From Rhodothermales bacterium (GTDB taxonomy: Bacteria; Bacteroidota; Rhodothermia; Rhodothermales; Bin80): a DNA stretch of 64,000 nt. Under the pieces are notes generated by a model, which was not told where the DNA came from, did not search any database, and saw only the letters and a list, made by a program, of their open reading frames with translations. Positions 10,589 to 21,000 of this stretch are shown piece by piece. The number at the start of each line of letters is the position of its first letter. The stretch's first letter is position 1. The stretch covers positions 3,689,844-3,753,843 of the forward strand of contig OZ244857.1 of NCBI GenBank assembly GCA_965220935.1. Reading direction: 5' to 3'. The translations under genes were made by a program, and so were the position numbers.

Positions 10589-10688
10589 CCTCAGCGAATG
10601 CGCTCAATGGGGAAGTAGGAATTTCTGAGTTCGATAAACATAATTGGACACCCGCAAGGAGCAGTAATAAAATGACAGATCGGTGCAT
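10530..10688 (-). CDS. out-of-frame Sec signal-peptide leader ORF of the adhesin
   Basis: Hand translation from ATG at 10688-10686 gives MHRSVILLLLLAGVQLCLSNSEIPTSPLSAFAEDGSNIRDSESTPPPPPFFR-stop. It enters the C16 tract one nucleotide out of phase with the 2544-aa frame. Confidence 0.6.
   Translation of the reverse strand: MHRSVILLLLLAGVQLCLSNSEIPTSPLSAFAEDGSNIRDSESTPPPPPFFR
10543..10558 (-). repeat. homopolymeric C16 tract (G16 on + strand) between signal-peptide leader and adhesin body
   Basis: Counted directly: 8 g at 10543-10550 plus 8 g at 10551-10558. Encodes the PPPPP run. Flanked on the coding strand by ATCTA and ATTTTTT. Confidence 0.95.
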
Positions 10689-10827
10689 CAATATCATCGG
10701 CAAAATTTAAAATGAAGGGTATAGACTTGATCAATCCTTTTTAGCATTTCTGATATTATCTTCACATTGTGCAGACCATACCCACCGAACTCAGATCCTA
10801 AGATCAGAAACGATTGATAAAAAATTT

Positions 10828-10837
10828 GGGGGGGGGG
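10828..10837 (-). repeat. homopolymeric C10 tract (G10 on +) about 140 nt upstream of the adhesin leader ATG
   Basis: Counted directly (3 g + 7 g). The coding-strand context is gaaaaag-C10-aaatttttt, which resembles the Cn-A-TTTTTT context of the two intragenic tracts. Confidence 0.9.
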
Positions 10838-12220
10838 CTTTTTCATCCGCAGTGGCAGAAAAAATTCCTCCAGAGAAATGTCAAAAATATACGCATTGGA
10901 ACGCTGTAAGTTTACGCCAAAGATACGAAAAATCAGATACATAAATGACCGAAGCATCCTATTCGTGCCCGTCCGAAAAATACCGTTAGTGATTTATTGA
11001 ACTCCGATGGGGGCATATGTTGGACAGAGGTCCGCTTTACTCTGCGCAAATTGCAGTCAGTAGCCGGGGGAATTTCACACTTGGGCCCTCACAGATCCGT
11101 ACCTAAATCTCTCAATTGATACGGATCTTCCTATACAGATGTTCAGCGACAACTAGAATTTTCGTTGGGCTTGTTTCAATGTGAGGGAAATATTTGATGA
11201 TTTCATTGTGACTGGCAGGGTGTAAGTTCAGATCTGTTTCAGATTTCAGTCATACTGGTCACTTTGAATAGAATGATTCATATACACATTTATTGACGTA
11301 TATTGGTATCATGATGGGCATTGTGTAAGGCTATATGCCCATATATCTACCAGCGCCAAGTGGAAGTTTCAACTAAGATTGAAACAATCCATTTTCGTTT
11401 TGGAGGGGCAAGCAACGAAGAGAAGTTGCGCGCGAATAATCATTTGATATTTGTCCCTCTGATCATATGAATCATCAACAGAGCTACTATATCAGCAAGA
11501 ACCAACTCGGTAAGCATACTTTTGGGTAGGCTATGGATGGTCGGTAAAGTTGCCCTGTGAGTTTTACGACTGCCTCTGCTGTGCAACTTCAAGCGGTAAC
11601 TTGGCAAGTTCATTTCAAGAATCACACAATGATATCAAATCGGTACATGGCCGCAGTTGTGATGGTTGGGCCTAAAAGAGAGTATCAATTGTAGAACAGA
11701 AAAGGCTAAAGCCCCTATCTTTATAGGCAGAATCACGCTCTGAGGCACTTCATTATTAGTTACGCTTACGGTGCAAATTTGACCCTGTTTTGGGCATCTG
11801 GCGCAAAGATCAAACGATCACCCCAGCAATCTTTTGACTCTCCCATGATGACTGCGGAAGATTCTGCACGATCTGGGCGGCGTGCATTTCGGCAAATGAT
11901 GGCGGTTTTTGAGGCTAAAAGCCGGGAATACCTTGCCACATTCGTCCTAATTTCGTTTGATCGGAACATAGATGATTAGGGTGGAGATCCATAAATACCC
12001 AAGATCACCATCGCACGCACCGAATGTGAATGTTATCATTTGAAATCGATCTGAGTGTCTCACATGAAATGCCCACGGGTGATCAAACTGTGAATGCAAT
12101 GAAATAACCCCATTAAAGTGCCAGACTATTTGGTGCGGGTTATTTTCCCAAAGTGTAACAATTTTCGCATTCTAACTGGGAAGTGTGCGTGTACCACTGA
12201 AAACATAAACACTCAACCGA

Positions 12221-12538
12221 ATGAATATCTTGTTTAATCAAACCAAACGACATTGGGTTATCCTGTTCATCCTATTCTGCCCATTCCTTTCAGATGCAAG
12301 TGGTGTTGGAGGCGTTCGAGTGGCCACCTCTACGGTGTCTAAAATTGTTGGATTACTCACTGGAGATCTGGCGACGGCGGCCTTTCTGTTGATTATTGTA
12401 CTCGGCGGTCTGGCATGGTGGATTACACGGTCTGGCCGCGCAGGTGAAATTCTTGGTCGGACCGTCATGGGAGCTGTGATTATTTTTGGAGCCGCACAGA
12501 TCAGTGAGTTCTTCTCCTTTCAGGGAGCATTGATTTAA
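12221..12538 (+). CDS. trbC: conjugative pilin TrbC/VirB2-like
   Basis: 105 aa with a signal-like N-terminus and two hydrophobic helices ('AAFLLIIVLGGLAWW', 'VMGAVIIFGAAQI'). First gene of the trb block. Stop overlaps the next start (TAATG). Confidence 0.7.
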   Translation: MNILFNQTKRHWVILFILFCPFLSDASGVGGVRVATSTVSKIVGLLTGDLATAAFLLIIVLGGLAWWITRSGRAGEILGRTVMGAVIIFGAAQISEFFSFQGALI

Positions 12539-12858
12539 TGGATCGCCCCCACGATGCTTTGCAAACAGCTCCCGTTTACTCATCGCTCCAACGAAGACCA
12601 ACAATGGTCGGATTACCACAGGATGCCTTCATGATGCTGATGTTGATCATAGTTGCGCTGGGGATCGCTTCACGATTGGATCCGAAAGTTCTCGCAGGTT
12701 GTGTTGTAGCCTATATGGTTCTGCTCCCATTGCTTCGAAGGGTTTTTGAAAAAGAGCCATTTTTTATGACGATCGTTCCCAAGTCATTCAGGTATAGGGC
12801 TCACTACTTGCGACAGGAAAAAGAAATCACTGCCCTATGGCGCGATCGCGTTAAATAA
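12538..12858 (+). CDS. trbD: TrbD/VirB3-like
   Basis: 106 aa with 'LQRRPTMVGLPQDAFMMLMLIIVALGI' (VirB3 pattern). Lies between the pilin and VirB4. Confidence 0.7.
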   Translation: MDRPHDALQTAPVYSSLQRRPTMVGLPQDAFMMLMLIIVALGIASRLDPKVLAGCVVAYMVLLPLLRRVFEKEPFFMTIVPKSFRYRAHYLRQEKEITALWRDRVK

Positions 12859-15294
12859 TTGCGAATGGATCCGTTGACCTTCGGTCTTGGCACTGTGGCT
12901 GGCGCTGGTGCACTCTGGATCGTCCAGCGCTTGCAACAATTTAGAACCCCAGCCGAGGGATTAGCAGATCTGTTGGGTTGGGCCTTTATGATTGATGAAG
13001 GTATGATTCTAATGAAGGATGGATCATTTCTCAGTGGAGTGGAGATTTATCCACCCGATCTGGAAGCATCATCTAATGCTGATATAAGCAGCGTCACAGA
13101 TACCGTCCATGATATGCTTACGCTTCTTGGTGAGGGTTATGCCGTAGAAGTCAATGTACATAGAAGGTTTTCTACACAATATCCGATTGAAACAAAGCAC
13201 CACTTTCCCACCGACTCGTTGTGTGCGATGGAAGAGGAGCGCCACGAACAATTTCGTGAAAGTAGCCGCCATTACTCAATGCGTCGTACTGTACTGTTTA
13301 CCTATACCCCATTACGAGAGTTGTGGTCAAAATGGGAGCGGCCAATTATCAGTGGCACTGAAAGTGGGTTTGATTACAAAGAGATTTTCTCAGAATACAA
13401 ACGCACCTTAACAGAGGTACATGGACTGTTAAAAAGCAGGTTTGACGTGTCTTCGCTCAGTAGTAGTGACCTATTAACGGAATGCCATTCTACACTCACT
13501 GGAAAGGTTGAGCCCGTTCCCTATTCTCACCATTGTCACCTGAGCCGCTCGTTGGCATCAGATGATTTTCAGACAGGTTTCTATCCCAAGATGGGCGACC
13601 AACATATCTTTGTGATAACGATCTCTTCGCTCGGCTTTGAAACCAGAGCGGCAGGATGTGATTTTTTGAATCGGATGGAAGGGCAATGGAGATGGCACAT
13701 GCGGTTTGTGACTATGAGCCGCCATCAAGCCGAGCGGCGTATCAAACGGCTTCAAACCAGCTGGTTTCACCAACGTCAAGGTCTGCGTAAACTCATTGCG
13801 CCAAGTGAAGATGGATTTGAGGATCAGGATGCAATGAACATGCAACAAGAGGCGGCCTCAGCGCAGGCAGAATCTAGTCGTGGTCGTGTACGGTTTGGAT
13901 ACTTCACCAATGCTCTGGTTCTGCGAGATCCTGTCATGAATCGTGGACTAGCTCAAAGCCAGATATTGATTCAGGAACTTCGTGATCAGGGGTATACCTG
14001 TGCGATGGAAACGATCAATGCGACGGATGCTTTTATCGGCACGCTGCCTGGTCACGGATATGCAAACCTGCGCCGTCCGCTATTATCAAGTCGTAATATT
14101 GCACATCTATTTCCAGTGTCCGCTCCATGGAAAGGCGTCCCCACATGCCCGAGCCCGCAGTTTCCAGCCAATAGTCCTGCATTAGCATGCGCCCGAACCT
14201 CTGGAGGTATCCCGTTTATGATTAACCTACACCAAGGAGATGTAGGCCATTCGCTCGTCATCGGTGCGACAGGATCAGGAAAGAGTGTCCTCGTAGGATG
14301 GTTGGCACTCAATTTCTTACGTTATGACAATAGCCGAGTACATATTTTTGATATAGGCCATTCACATCAAGTTCCCTGTTGGGCGGCTGGCGGAACTCAA
14401 TATTCATTTGGCGAGATCAACACAAACGCGCTTCAACCGCTGCGCCATATTGATCAGGATAGTGAGCGCTTATGGGTGCTTAGCTGGTTGGAAATCATCT
14501 ATGATCTCGCAGGTGAATTTCCCGATGCGGAAGGTCAATTAGCACTTGCGGAAACCCTTGATTTATTGAGTGAATCTCCGCAGGAGTATCGGACGATGTC
14601 CGCATTACACATGCTGCTTCCACAAGCATTAAAAAATGCCATTGCTCAGTACACCGAAGATGGCCCTTACGGCCAATTGTTTGACGGAGATAAAGCGACA
14701 GCACTCTCAGAGCGTATGCAAGTGTATGAACTTGGGAATATTTTAGATCAGGGTGACCGTGTCATGGTTCCATTGCTATTGTCGTTATTCCGAAATATTG
14801 AACGAACATTGGACAATACCCCAACCCTCATTGTGATAGAAGAAGCATGGGCTGCGCTACTGAGATCACAATTTTCTGACCGGATCAAGGCTTGGCTCCT
14901 GACACTGAGAAAACGTAATGCAGCGGTTGTGCTGGTGGCTCATTCGCCAGCGCAGATCACCTCACTGCCGAATGCTGCGCTGATCACAGAATCATGTCCT
15001 ACCAAAATCATTCTTCCCAACTCAGGGGCAAGGACGCAGGAGGGTATTGCAATGTACAAGGCTTTGGATCTAAGCCCACGAGCCATTGATATTATTGCCT
15101 CAGCAACGCCCAAGCGGGAGTATTTCTATAAGCGGCCTGAAGGCGGTCGCTTGTTTGAATTGAATTTAGGGCCAGTTGCACGCACTTTGCTGATGCCGCT
15201 TCCAGGGAAGAATACTCAAGCATCGCGCGGTTGTATTCAAGAAGCGATTCGAAATCATGGACAACAATTCTTAGACTATTTAGATGACGCATGA
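12859..15294 (+). CDS. trbE: TrbE/VirB4 conjugation ATPase
   Basis: 811 aa with Walker A 'GATGSGKSVL' and Walker B-like 'LIVIEEAW'. Size and position are typical of VirB4. Confidence 0.9.
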   Translation: MRMDPLTFGLGTVAGAGALWIVQRLQQFRTPAEGLADLLGWAFMIDEGMILMKDGSFLSGVEIYPPDLEASSNADISSVTDTVHDMLTLLGEGYAVEVNVHRRFSTQYPIETKHHFPTDSLCAMEEERHEQFRESSRHYSMRRTVLFTYTPLRELWSKWERPIISGTESGFDYKEIFSEYKRTLTEVHGLLKSRFDVSSLSSSDLLTECHSTLTGKVEPVPYSHHCHLSRSLASDDFQTGFYPKMGDQHIFVITISSLGFETRAAGCDFLNRMEGQWRWHMRFVTMSRHQAERRIKRLQTSWFHQRQGLRKLIAPSEDGFEDQDAMNMQQEAASAQAESSRGRVRFGYFTNALVLRDPVMNRGLAQSQILIQELRDQGYTCAMETINATDAFIGTLPGHGYANLRRPLLSSRNIAHLFPVSAPWKGVPTCPSPQFPANSPALACARTSGGIPFMINLHQGDVGHSLVIGATGSGKSVLVGWLALNFLRYDNSRVHIFDIGHSHQVPCWAAGGTQYSFGEINTNALQPLRHIDQDSERLWVLSWLEIIYDLAGEFPDAEGQLALAETLDLLSESPQEYRTMSALHMLLPQALKNAIAQYTEDGPYGQLFDGDKATALSERMQVYELGNILDQGDRVMVPLLLSLFRNIERTLDNTPTLIVIEEAWAALLRSQFSDRIKAWLLTLRKRNAAVVLVAHSPAQITSLPNAALITESCPTKIILPNSGARTQEGIAMYKALDLSPRAIDIIASATPKREYFYKRPEGGRLFELNLGPVARTLLMPLPGKNTQASRGCIQEAIRNHGQQFLDYLDDA

Positions 15295-16019
15295 AACGAC
15301 TTTTGATTCTCTCTTTATTGTTCACATCCACGGCGATCAGCCGTGCACAAATTCCTGTTGTAGATGTCGCAAATTTGGCTGAAACAGTGGCATCTTTGGC
15401 CGAGCTTCGCCATCAAGTTCGAATCATGCTCAAAGATATCTCTCTGTCCACGGAGATCAAGGAGAATACGCAATCGCATCTAAACATCTATAAGCGAGCC
15501 CTAACCAAGCGGGGCATTATCCCGACGGAATCGCTTGGTCATTATTTAGACAAAATTGACCAGGCACATCAATCTGTAGGGGGCGTGCTATGGGAAAACC
15601 CTAAGATCATTCGTGAGGTTTTTCCAATGTATGTCAATCCAACAGATCCATTGGCTGATCGCCAAAACTCATTAGAAAAAACGATGTCAACGCTTGAAGG
15701 AATTTTTTCATCACTCAAAATTCATGTCACATCTATGCATCAGAGCAATAGAGAGATTGAGCATATCAAAGGAGAAATCGTCCAAGCAAAAGAGCCCCAA
15801 CAGATAAGAGATGTTCAGGCGAATTTACAGATTGTTCATGCGCGAGAACTGCTACTCACAAGACAGGCAATAACAACACTTGCAAATTTAGAGGCCATTC
15901 AAGCCGCAGATGAAGTGAGTCAAAGGGCTCAGAATCAAATGCGCTATATGGAATTTGTAGGGAATTCTCAGTGGGTGGGTAATCCGAATCGTTATGATGT
16001 AGAGCGGTTTCTGAGGTGA
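15291..16019 (+). CDS. trbJ: TrbJ (VirB5-like)
   Basis: 242 aa with a signal peptide, then 'QIPVVDVANLAETVASLAELRHQV', the typical TrbJ N-terminus. ATGA overlap with trbE. Confidence 0.8.
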   Translation: MKRLLILSLLFTSTAISRAQIPVVDVANLAETVASLAELRHQVRIMLKDISLSTEIKENTQSHLNIYKRALTKRGIIPTESLGHYLDKIDQAHQSVGGVLWENPKIIREVFPMYVNPTDPLADRQNSLEKTMSTLEGIFSSLKIHVTSMHQSNREIEHIKGEIVQAKEPQQIRDVQANLQIVHARELLLTRQAITTLANLEAIQAADEVSQRAQNQMRYMEFVGNSQWVGNPNRYDVERFLR

Positions 16020-16069
16020 TCAGCTACTTCATAAGCAGAATCTCTGAATCAATATTCATGTAAAGTCAT

Positions 16070-16972
16070 ATGCAACAGGCCTTACAGAATTGTGCACCGA
16101 CCATGTTTTTCGACTGTGCACAGGAAGTCTTTCGACTCACAACAGAGGGATGGTTAACCCGGTCACTGGATGCTGCGCAGACACTTTTTCTGAGTTTGGC
16201 GGTCTTGGAAATTGTGGTTACTGGGTATATGATCTGGTCTGGGCGCAGAAAACAGGGCGAGGATCTCATCAGTCAATTTGCATTCAAGATTGGCCTTTTG
16301 GCGTTTGTGTTAGGTCTTTTGTCCACCTATCATCGCTGGCTGCCAATGATTGCACAGGGCTTTGGTGAAACGGCCATCTATATTGGCGGGAGTAGTGTCA
16401 CCCACCTATCACCAACGCATTTGTTAAATGTGGGCTTAAGCATGCTGTTGAGTGTCATGCAGTCGGTTGGGCTAACTTCTGGATTCATTACTTCGCTGGC
16501 ACTTATCCCTGCACTGATTATGTTACTCTGTTTTGTTGCGCTTGCAGCGCATCTACTGGTAACGATGATAGAGAGTTATGTGGTCGTGACGGGGGGATTA
16601 TTCTTTGTTGGATTTATGGCATTTCGGGGAACGGCTCCCCTTGGTGAGGGATACCTAAAGTATGCGATCTACATCGGGATTAAGTTATTTTTCCTCATTT
16701 TGATTTCAGGAGTTGCGGCGTCTATAGGGGATGATATGGTTGAAATGTTACAATCATATCATCATTTATGGCTTGCATCGTTTGAGCAGATTTTTTCCAA
16801 TAGTTCTGATGGCGCGGCAGGATCGGTTTCATCCAGAATGGGATTTCTGTGGTCTATGACGTCTGTTTCAATCCTGTTGGCTGGTTTGGGGCTTCATATG
16901 CCAGGTAGGATCGCATCTCAGCTCAGCCAGGGCATCACCATTAATTTCAAGCGAACGTTACAAAATTTATAG
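16070..16972 (+). CDS. trbL: TrbL/VirB6 polytopic membrane protein
   Basis: 300 aa with multiple TM helices, positioned after trbJ. Confidence 0.75.
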   Translation: MQQALQNCAPTMFFDCAQEVFRLTTEGWLTRSLDAAQTLFLSLAVLEIVVTGYMIWSGRRKQGEDLISQFAFKIGLLAFVLGLLSTYHRWLPMIAQGFGETAIYIGGSSVTHLSPTHLLNVGLSMLLSVMQSVGLTSGFITSLALIPALIMLLCFVALAAHLLVTMIESYVVVTGGLFFVGFMAFRGTAPLGEGYLKYAIYIGIKLFFLILISGVAASIGDDMVEMLQSYHHLWLASFEQIFSNSSDGAAGSVSSRMGFLWSMTSVSILLAGLGLHMPGRIASQLSQGITINFKRTLQNL

Positions 16973-17637
16973 TGATGGGCAAAGCAGGGCATCCATATCT
17001 TGATGGGCGATATGCATTTGAGCGACTATTTGGAGATCTTGCTAAAGGCAAGCGTTCATGGCAATCTGTGGCACTATTAGCACTACTTGTGAATCTTGTC
17101 CTTTCGGTGGGATATGTCCATTTGGCATCTCAACATAAAGTCGTTCCATATGTCGTTGAGCTTGACGCACTTGGTGAAATGCGTGCGGCGGGGATGCTTG
17201 CTATTGAAGACATCCCGGAATCTGCAATTACGGCCGTCCTTCGCAAATTTGTTCATAACCTGCGAACCGTCCCCACAGACACTCGTCTTCTAAATGTTCG
17301 CTTGCAGGAAGCCCGAGCGTATGTTCATGGGCGGGCCGCAAACACACTAATGGCAGATTTGGGGCGAGATCGGGAGGCTATGGAGCGAATGCTTGCACGG
17401 GGCGATACGCGCTATGTTGTTGAGATAAGTAGTGTATTGAAGATTCCTGGTGAGGGAATCCTTTATCGGGTATCTTGGAGAGAATCTGCACGCATTGGTC
17501 AAGATGAACGTATGTCTGCATTTGAAGGTCATTTTCAGGTTCATATTGAGACTCCTGAGGATCAAGAAACCATGAGTACAAACCCTTTGGGTATCTATGT
17601 GATGGATTATACCCTGACACAAGTCGGAGAAATCTAA
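16972..17637 (+). CDS. trbF: TrbF/VirB8-like
   Basis: 221 aa with 'PYLDGRYAFERLFGDLAKGKRSWQ...KVVPYVVELDALGE', matching the TrbF pattern. Confidence 0.8.
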   Translation: MMGKAGHPYLDGRYAFERLFGDLAKGKRSWQSVALLALLVNLVLSVGYVHLASQHKVVPYVVELDALGEMRAAGMLAIEDIPESAITAVLRKFVHNLRTVPTDTRLLNVRLQEARAYVHGRAANTLMADLGRDREAMERMLARGDTRYVVEISSVLKIPGEGILYRVSWRESARIGQDERMSAFEGHFQVHIETPEDQETMSTNPLGIYVMDYTLTQVGEI

Positions 17638-18013
17638 TCAGAGTGATGTATGAAATTAGGGACAAATATTAGATCTTTCTTTGCTAGGGGAGTCATTGGC
17701 AAATAACCGCGTGTCTATGAATTGTCTGCATGTTTTTAGTACCCCAAGGTTGAATACTAATAAAAATCACCAAGCAGACATCAATCATGACTTGGAGCAT
17801 CGCATATTATCAGGGATTGGCAATCATGAGACAAAAGAGGCCATATAAATTCCTGTTGGAACTGACCACTGATAATTGTGTGTAACGGCCGTTACGTTGA
17901 CGATATGCCTATCTTTGGGTGCTCCTCATGGTCAGCGGTTTGATGTACGGAAAGTGGATTATTAATAGGGTTTTGCTTTGTTAATCATTATAGAAATTGT
18001 AAAATAGAATACC

Positions 18014-21000
18014 ATGAATCTCCTCCCCATGCGTGTGATTTGGAATGATAAATTCGTCCTATCCTTCGTAGTTGTAACGCTTGTTCTCTTGGCACTTACT
18101 CCTCTATCCCTCCAAGGTTATGGAAATGATGGACCACCGGTGTCATTGAGTAGTAAAGATGATCGGTACAATCCCGAGATTTATAGCACGGGTAAAGTTC
18201 CTGCCATTGAATTTGGCGTAGCATCTGAAACAGTTCCAGAAGATGTTGGCACGGCGGACGTTGTCTTAAGCGTAAGTGAGACTGTGGCAACGGCGTTCAC
18301 GTTGAATTATAGTCTTAGTGGTAGTGCAAGCCGAAATTCTGACTATACCAATGCTGGGAGTCTTTCTGTAGCTGCAGGTGCTACTTCTTTGATGATTCCT
18401 CTGGTGATCACCGATGACAATGCAGGTGAAGGCGATGAAACCATCATCATCACCCTAACAACTGGCACGGGCTACACTTTAGGAACAACGATTGTTCATA
18501 CTCTGACGATTAGTGACAACGAACCCGTGATCTCTTTTGGTGGTGATCCTATACAATTTATCTCCGAAGCACTTGAGGATCCACCAGTGGGCATCAGTGC
18601 GGATGGTAACGTAAATGATGATCTCACATTGAATTACTCGGTAAGTGGCACAGCAACTGCGGGGTCGGATTATACGATTACAGGATCAGGAACCGTCCTT
18701 TTGGATATTAGCGAGGGCAGTTCAACCGAAATTCCTATCATGATCATTGATGACCTGAGCGCTGAAGAGACAGAAACGATCATCCTTACTCTGACATCTG
18801 GCGTAGGATATAGCGTTGGATCCCCCAATGAGATTACCTTAAACATTGAAGATAATGAGCGAGATGCTGGGTTTAGATTTTTTACTGGTGAATCTTCGGA
18901 GGGCGATGGGACTGTCAGAGTGGAGATACTTTTCAATGAGTTAACTGATCAAGATTTTACAGTGAACTACAAATTAAGTGGTACAGCAACCGAAGGCACA
19001 GACTACACGATTGCCAATTCAGGGACTGTTTCAGTGAGCGAAAACTCGGAGGTCATAGATATTCCTGTGATGATCATCGACGATAATGTGGGCGGCGAGG
19101 GGGACGAAACTATCATCTTTACTCTGGAATTAGGTGGAGGATACCGTATAGACGATTTCAATAAAGAATACACATTAACCGTTAGTGACAATGAGCCTGA
19201 TGCCAATTTTGGTGGGGCTGAAAGTATAGTTCTTGAGAATGCGGGGACCTTTGAATTGGGGGTCTTTCTCACAAAAGTTGCGACTGAAGACCTCACATTG
19301 AATTATAGTGTAAGTGGAACAGCGAGCGCATCTAGCGACTATAGTATTGCTAGCTCGGGAACTGTTTTTATTGATGTGAGTGAACATGACGAAGAGGCAA
19401 CGATTTCTATTGCAATCACAAATGATAATATCGCTGAGGGGGACGAAACCATTATCTTGACATTTGACAGTGGCCCAGGATATGGAATAGGACAGTTCGG
19501 TGTACACACTCTTACCATTGAAGATGATGAACAATCCTTATCGCTGAGTCGCACAATTCCAGATCAGACGTATAGACGGAATGTGGAGATCGCTGATCTG
19601 GTTTTGCCCGAGGCTTCTGGAGGGACCGCTCCCTACACATACACACTAACGCCGACGACACTACCTACTGGGCTGAGCTATAACGTAGCGACCCGAACCC
19701 TCAGTGGCACACCGACGGCTGTATTCTCTCAGACCGAATTCACCTATACGGTTACAGATGCGGCAACGCCTGCGCTGACGATTACTGCTACCTTTGACAT
19801 TACGGTCTCGGATCCTTCAACCATAACGTTAACTCCAAGTACGGTTTCGGATCAGAATTATACGCGAGGGGTGGCGATTGCCAACTTAGTTCTTCCCCAA
19901 GCCTCGGGAGGGACCGCACCCTACACGTACACACTAACGCCGACGACACTACCCACTGGGCTGAGCTATAACGTAGCGACCCGAACCCTTAGTGGCATAC
20001 CGACGGCTGTATTCTCTCAGGCCGAGTTCACCTATACGGTTACAGATGCGGCAACTCCTGCGCTGACAAGCACGCTGACCTTCAACATTACCGTCACAGA
20101 ACCGTCTCAGACAGGCTTAATGTTGTCACCAAGCACGGTCTCGGATCAGAGTTATACGCGAGGGGTGGCGATTGCCAACTTAGTTCTTCCCGAAGCTTCA
20201 GGAGGAACAGCTCCTTATACCTATACACTCACGCCGACCACATTACCGAGCGGGCTCAGCTTTAATGGGTCAACTCGGACTCTTAGTGGGACTCCAACGG
20301 CCGTATTCTCTCAGGCCGAGTTCACCTACACGGCCACAGATGCGGCAACGCCTGCACTGACGAGCACACTGACGTTTGATATTACGGTCACAGATCCGCC
20401 TCAGGCAGGCTTAACCTTTTCATCAGGCCCAGTTCCAGATCAAACGTACATCCAAGGTGTGATCATCTCTGATTTGACACTTCCTGAAGCTCAAGGAGGC
20501 GTGGCTCCCTACACCTATACAGTGAACCCCACCCTTCCCAGCGGACTGAACTTTAACGCAGTAACACGAATCATCAGTGGCACACCAACGGCATCATCAG
20601 TTTCAAGTGTCTTCACGTATACTGCGGAGGATGCAGACGGCACCACGGTAACGCAAACATTCAACATTGAAGTTGTCCTGCCAGCAGATTTGACCTTTGC
20701 CGATATGGTCGGTGCTCAGACTTATCCCGTCAAGCTTGCCATCGCTGATCTGATACTACCTGAAGCGATGGGCGGCATTGCGCCTTATGCCTATTCATTA
20801 TCGCCTGATTTACCCTCTGGGCTCTCCTTTGATGGCGACACGAGAACTCTCAGCGGGACACCATTGGAGGTGATGACTTCAACAAATTATACTTATGTCG
20901 CCGAGGATAACTCTGGAATCCGTACCCAACAAAGCTTCAGCATATCGGTGTATGGGATTTCGTTTAGTGAGACGATTCAAAACCAGACCTATCCTCGAGA

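Noticed and set aside
10694-10957. 87-aa ORF upstream of the first adhesin that contains the C10 tract as 'KKPPPQIF'.
   Set aside because: It is AT-rich and low in complexity, with no motif. It is more plausibly the adhesin promoter or 5'-UTR region.
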